In this document: positions 60,325 through 64,000 of the stretch, piece by piece
Layout of the letters: the number at the start of each line of letters is the position of its first letter
Position numbering within the stretch: the stretch's first letter is position 1
Assembly (NCBI GenBank): GCA_023920165.1
Contig: CP089276.1
Span: 1,612,001 to 1,676,000 of the forward strand
Source of the DNA: Curvularia clavata
Taxonomy: Eukaryota
Direction of reading: 5' to 3'
DNA length: 64,000 bases
The notes under the pieces: model-generated
What the model saw: only the letters and a program-made list of their open reading frames with translations
What the model was told of the DNA's origin: nothing
Database searches by the model: none
Made by a program: the position numbers and the translations under genes

Positions 60325-61403
60325 TCATTTGTTATGCCAGAGCAACGTCCGCAGCGAATCCCATTCGTCCGACTGCACATAACTGTATCTTTGTTAGCCA
60401 AAAGCCCATGCAACAAGGAAACCAGGGACCCAAGAACGAAAGGAAGAACCCACATATAGCTCATACTACTCCTCAGACTGCTCTGTACGCTCTCGGGATG
60501 CCACCTGAAGATGTACATGACCAGGGCCCAGCTCAAACTGGCAAAAGCCGGCCACCCATTCCGCACCAACGTCTTCCTCAAATCTCCATTTCCAAATAGC
60601 TCCCACCCACTTCCGCCGCTGTGGTGATGGTGATGATGCTTGGCTCCCGCCGCACCGTTGGCGAGTTGTTGTCTGGGCTGCACCGCCAATTTGGCCAATG
60701 CCAAGCACACACGTGCAGCGACGTAGATGACGATCTGCTGCGATACCGAGTTGTGTATTGTGCGGCCGAAGACGGTGTAACCGCCGAGGAGACCCGCGAG
60801 AAACGAGTCGTATTGCCGCTCCTTGCCCGTGGGCGACGTGTGGCGGAGGAAGAGCATGGTCGCTTTGTATACGAGGGCGAAGAGGCCGAGGTTGCGCGCG
60901 TGTTGCCGCGTCGCTTTGTACACGAGCATGCATTTTGAGCGGAAACTATTGGGAAGAGCGGATTAGCCGTCGCACAGAGATATACGTAGAACGGATCGCG
61001 GGGTCGTAAGTATCGACGTGTGAGGAGGATGGTGCGGTAAGAAGAGGGCTGGTTGATTTACCTTCCTGATCTGAAGAGAAAGATCATCCTGTTAAATACG
61101 ATTAGCCATGTCTTGTCTTGTTACTGAAAATGCCCGCGCGAGAATACATACACCAGTGCGTGCGGAAACCGCACTTTACTCCCATACACAATGCCATTCC
61201 TGACACCTTTGACCAGGGTCAGAACGTCATGGTACTTTGGATCTAGCACTATCTTCTCAAGCGCAGCCTATCGCACCAAGTAATTCGTCAGCATAAAGTG
61301 CTAGAAACGGGTATTGACATATGGGAGCCGGGGAGTTGGGCATTTCCATGCGCGGGTTTCGCAGCGACAGTAGACATACGTGGAGTGCTTGGAGTTGGTC
61401 CAT
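60325..61403 (-). CDS. Peroxisomal membrane protein 4 (PXMP4/PMP24, Tim17 family), multi-exon
   Basis: MDQLQALH|AALEKIVLDPKYHDVLTLVKGVRNGIVYGSKVRFPHALV...ATRQHARNL...FLAGLLGGYTVFG...QQIVIYV...WPAFASLSW...SLRSSMSYIYVQSDEWDSLRTLLWHNK*. Confidence 0.9.
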
Positions 61404-62149
61404 GTTGGCAGCTTGTATATGACTACTCTTTTCGACTCAAAGGTGCAGACAGAGAGTATCGAAGGGGCGTGTGTACGTCTGTCTGTGATGGGACCAAAGC
61501 GCCGGCGAGCGATATCCAGGTGACGATGCGAACAAGCCTCGGTCCAGCGCGCGTCGGTTGCGATGACGTCGAGTGCGCCGCTGCTATCTTGCGACGTTGC
61601 GGTAATTCTCAGGGAGCGAAAGGAAGGGTACTGGGTTAGAAGTCAGTCCTGAGAGCGTCTGTACTACAAGGCTGGTATGGCAAGTAGTTGTAGACGGTGC
61701 TTGCACGGGAAACGTACCCTGAACGTGAAGGGTCGCATTCGCGTGGTACTGCTGGCATGCGTATCCTCGGCTCGCGTACATTGCCGGTCGGGCATGCCCA
61801 TCTCCACATTGGACCGTCGTTTCGGGCTAGGCCACGATTGGAGTAGGGCAGGGATCATGGGGGGTTGTGCTTTCACATGTGAGGGCTCGTGCAGACAGTG
61901 GTTGACATGTGCTTCTGCTGCTTGTCATTGTACATGCCAAAGCTACAAGTTTATGATGGCTCAGGCTGTCATAAGCACAAAAATCATGATTCTATAAGCT
62001 GGATATAAGACTACTATCATACCTCTAAACCGGGCGCCTCAAATCTATGCTTCTTTTTCTCACAAACGCCCTTCAACCCCAGTACCTATGCTTCGCATCT
62101 GCGTTGTCCATCTGCATTTCGTGCTCCAACAATGTTTCTGCAAAGTTAC

Positions 62150-63230
62150 TCAGGCCCGGCTGGGCCATCGTTTCTTCAGCTCTTCGTATACGGTGAAGAT
62201 AAACGCAGAACTGGGAATCGATCTTGCGACAGTGATGCCGCATCCGCGATACATTCCCTTGATGCCTGACTGTTTCCAAAGCACCTTTCCTACTGCCGTG
62301 AAAGTCGATTTCCCGCCAGTCAGCTGCTTGACGTCTTCTGTCTGCATCCTTGACTTGATTGTGTCGGCAGGAAAGAACATGAAGTTGTATGCGGCGCCAG
62401 CAACTGACCCAGAAGCCATGCGCTGCCACACAAGGAGATCCTCATCTTTAGCTGATCCGCTGGTTCCCTTGAAGAAGATTTTCATGCCTTCGTATCCACC
62501 AAACCACGCGGCTCCACCTCCTGTTTCTCGAATCAAGGTTCCGAATTGGCCATGCCAGTAGCCCATGAAACCCTGATGGCGATATATGGATGCAATGACT
62601 CCTGAGATTGTTGGAGCGGCAACCGTATGGTTAGGTGCTGTGACAGGGACTTGCATTTTGCACTTGACAAGTTCAATGGGAGTAAGAAATAACGATGTAA
62701 TGGCTCCAGCAATCATGCCAGAAAGTAGCATGCCTGAGTAGGGCAGATCCCTTTCAGGGTCTCTTTTCAATTCAGGATATATGCCTGAGGCTTTGAGAGC
62801 GTCTCCTGCAATGCGATACTGTAGACCACATCAGCTTGGAACGCAGGGTCTGGATAAACTAACGACTTACACTGAAGAACAGGGTGCTGGATTCTACTGC
62901 AGCTCCTACCAGAGGCGCACTGATACCTCTGTATATGCCTAGCAATCCGTCTTGCCGTATTGATTTCTTGAAGCAGTCCAACGGCCCAGCGTATCGGAGC
63001 GGTATGGTGTCTGGTTGTGACTGTAGACGGACCTTGACCGTGTCGAAGGGATACTCAATGTACTTGCCCACAACACCGGCTACCGATCCACACAGGATAT
63101 CTTTCAGGGCTTCTTCTCCGCTGCCACTTGCCTGCGTTGCAGCAGGGCCCCGTACTTCATCCATGAGAATTGCGTTGGGCAGCCCGCCTCTTCCCCCCAC
63201 TACGCCCACGGCACTCTTATGTGCTTCCAT
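62150..63230 (-). CDS. ORT1: Mitochondrial carrier, ornithine transporter type (Ort1/ARG-13), intron ~62819-62870
   Basis: Three carrier signatures [45 protein letters not shown] matches the ornithine carrier subfamily. Confidence 0.82.
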
Positions 63231-63906
63231 CAACCTCTGGTATGTTTGGGTATAATTGTTTTCGTATAGGACGGTCAAAGTATGCTGTGAGGGAGCAAGG
63301 GCATGTTTGGGTACCCAGAGTCGTGGGCGGTGAGAGGCGCGAAGATGACAGTTATGAAGTAGCGCTCATATCAAGGGGCGAAACGCGACGACAGTTTTCT
63401 GCGATTGCGAGCGGAGGGAGGCCAGGAAGTGAGGCAGCACGAAGAAAGTCGGACGGGAGAAGGCAGCGGGCCGTGGGTGCGCGACTATAGATGAATTCAA
63501 TTACACGACTCTGACGCCCAACGTGATACAAATCGAGAAAGGCTTTTCCCTAGCCCCGAAAAAAATCTTCAGGGCATCATCAACGAGGGATTATGGTTCG
63601 CATCAGGGGGCACAAAGCCCAGCGAGTCCGAGCATGCCGTGGACTAGACTGCGGGCGCAACGAACTCCAGACACCCCCCTCGACAAGTCCGCAGGGCGTC
63701 TTCTGCGCTTTTTCTGACAATCTTATCAGATCAGATGGAAGCATCACAACCTGTCACTGCACAAGCCACCCCGCTTTCGGCAAGCGGACCCTTGCTAAGG
63801 AATGCGAGCTATCGATATCGGCTAAACTTTTCTCGCGCCGCCGGGGTCGACAAGTTTGGCGCAGACGGACGATCCTGATGCAACAGGCTTGCGCAACACC
63901 ACAAAC

Positions 63907-63979
63907 ATGTCCAACTCGGTAGTAGTCGAGGCGCCACCTGCAACGGAGTCAGTGCCCGTCAAGGGCATGAAGAAGAACG
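63907..63979 (+). CDS. CGR1: rRNA-processing protein Cgr1, first exon (gene runs off window end)
   Basis: MSNSVVVEAPPATESVPVKGMKKNG|GTATGC; KGM(R/K)KNG is the typical Cgr1 N-terminal motif. Only 24 codons visible. Confidence 0.55.
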
Positions 63980-64000
63980 GTATGCGCGGTACCAGCGCTG

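Noticed and set aside
60607..60639. HHHHHHSGGSG in PXMP4, resembling an engineered His-tag and linker
   Set aside because: In frame inside a variable loop of a native intron-containing gene, with no vector sequence nearby; natural low complexity.
1..64000. Transposons, RIP-mutated repeats, CRISPR, rRNA, tRNA
   Set aside because: No transposase or reverse-transcriptase ORFs, long repeats, extended AT-rich blocks or cloverleafs seen by eye.

Overview
Gene-dense, intron-containing fungal (filamentous ascomycete, probably Dothideomycete-like; taxonomy is inference) genomic DNA with about 25 protein-coding genes and no recognisable transposon, tRNA, rRNA or CRISPR. All calls are from motif recognition and hand splicing, not database searches. 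Housekeeping genes: TFG2 (partial), CSN4, MRPL49, NSA2, a WD40 protein, ARO8, OST2, TMEM14, TAF2, a CAF120/SKG3-like gene, PXMP4, ORT1 and CGR1 (partial). Notable elements: (1) a compact three-gene organosulfur module (24.9-30.3 kb) with a SfnG-like dimethylsulfone monooxygenase, a GPR1/FUN34/SatP transporter with two GC-AG introns and a DszC/SfnB/MsuC-like flavin monooxygenase, the two enzyme genes sharing an identical 10-mer 120-135 nt upstream of their ATGs; (2) an unassigned ~240-nt highly base-paired intergenic element ending in oligo-T tracts (candidate ncRNA); (3) an AspRS-DUF2156 fusion (ErdS) with no adjacent hydrolase; (4) a head-to-head class IV chitin synthase / Sel1-repeat activator pair; (5) a secreted AA8-AA12 cytochrome/PQQ dehydrogenase; (6) a BAH-PHD (EPR-1/BP1-like) gene with an intron-dependent AT-hook tail; (7) an unknown protein with tandem RRFxPxPIETT repeats.
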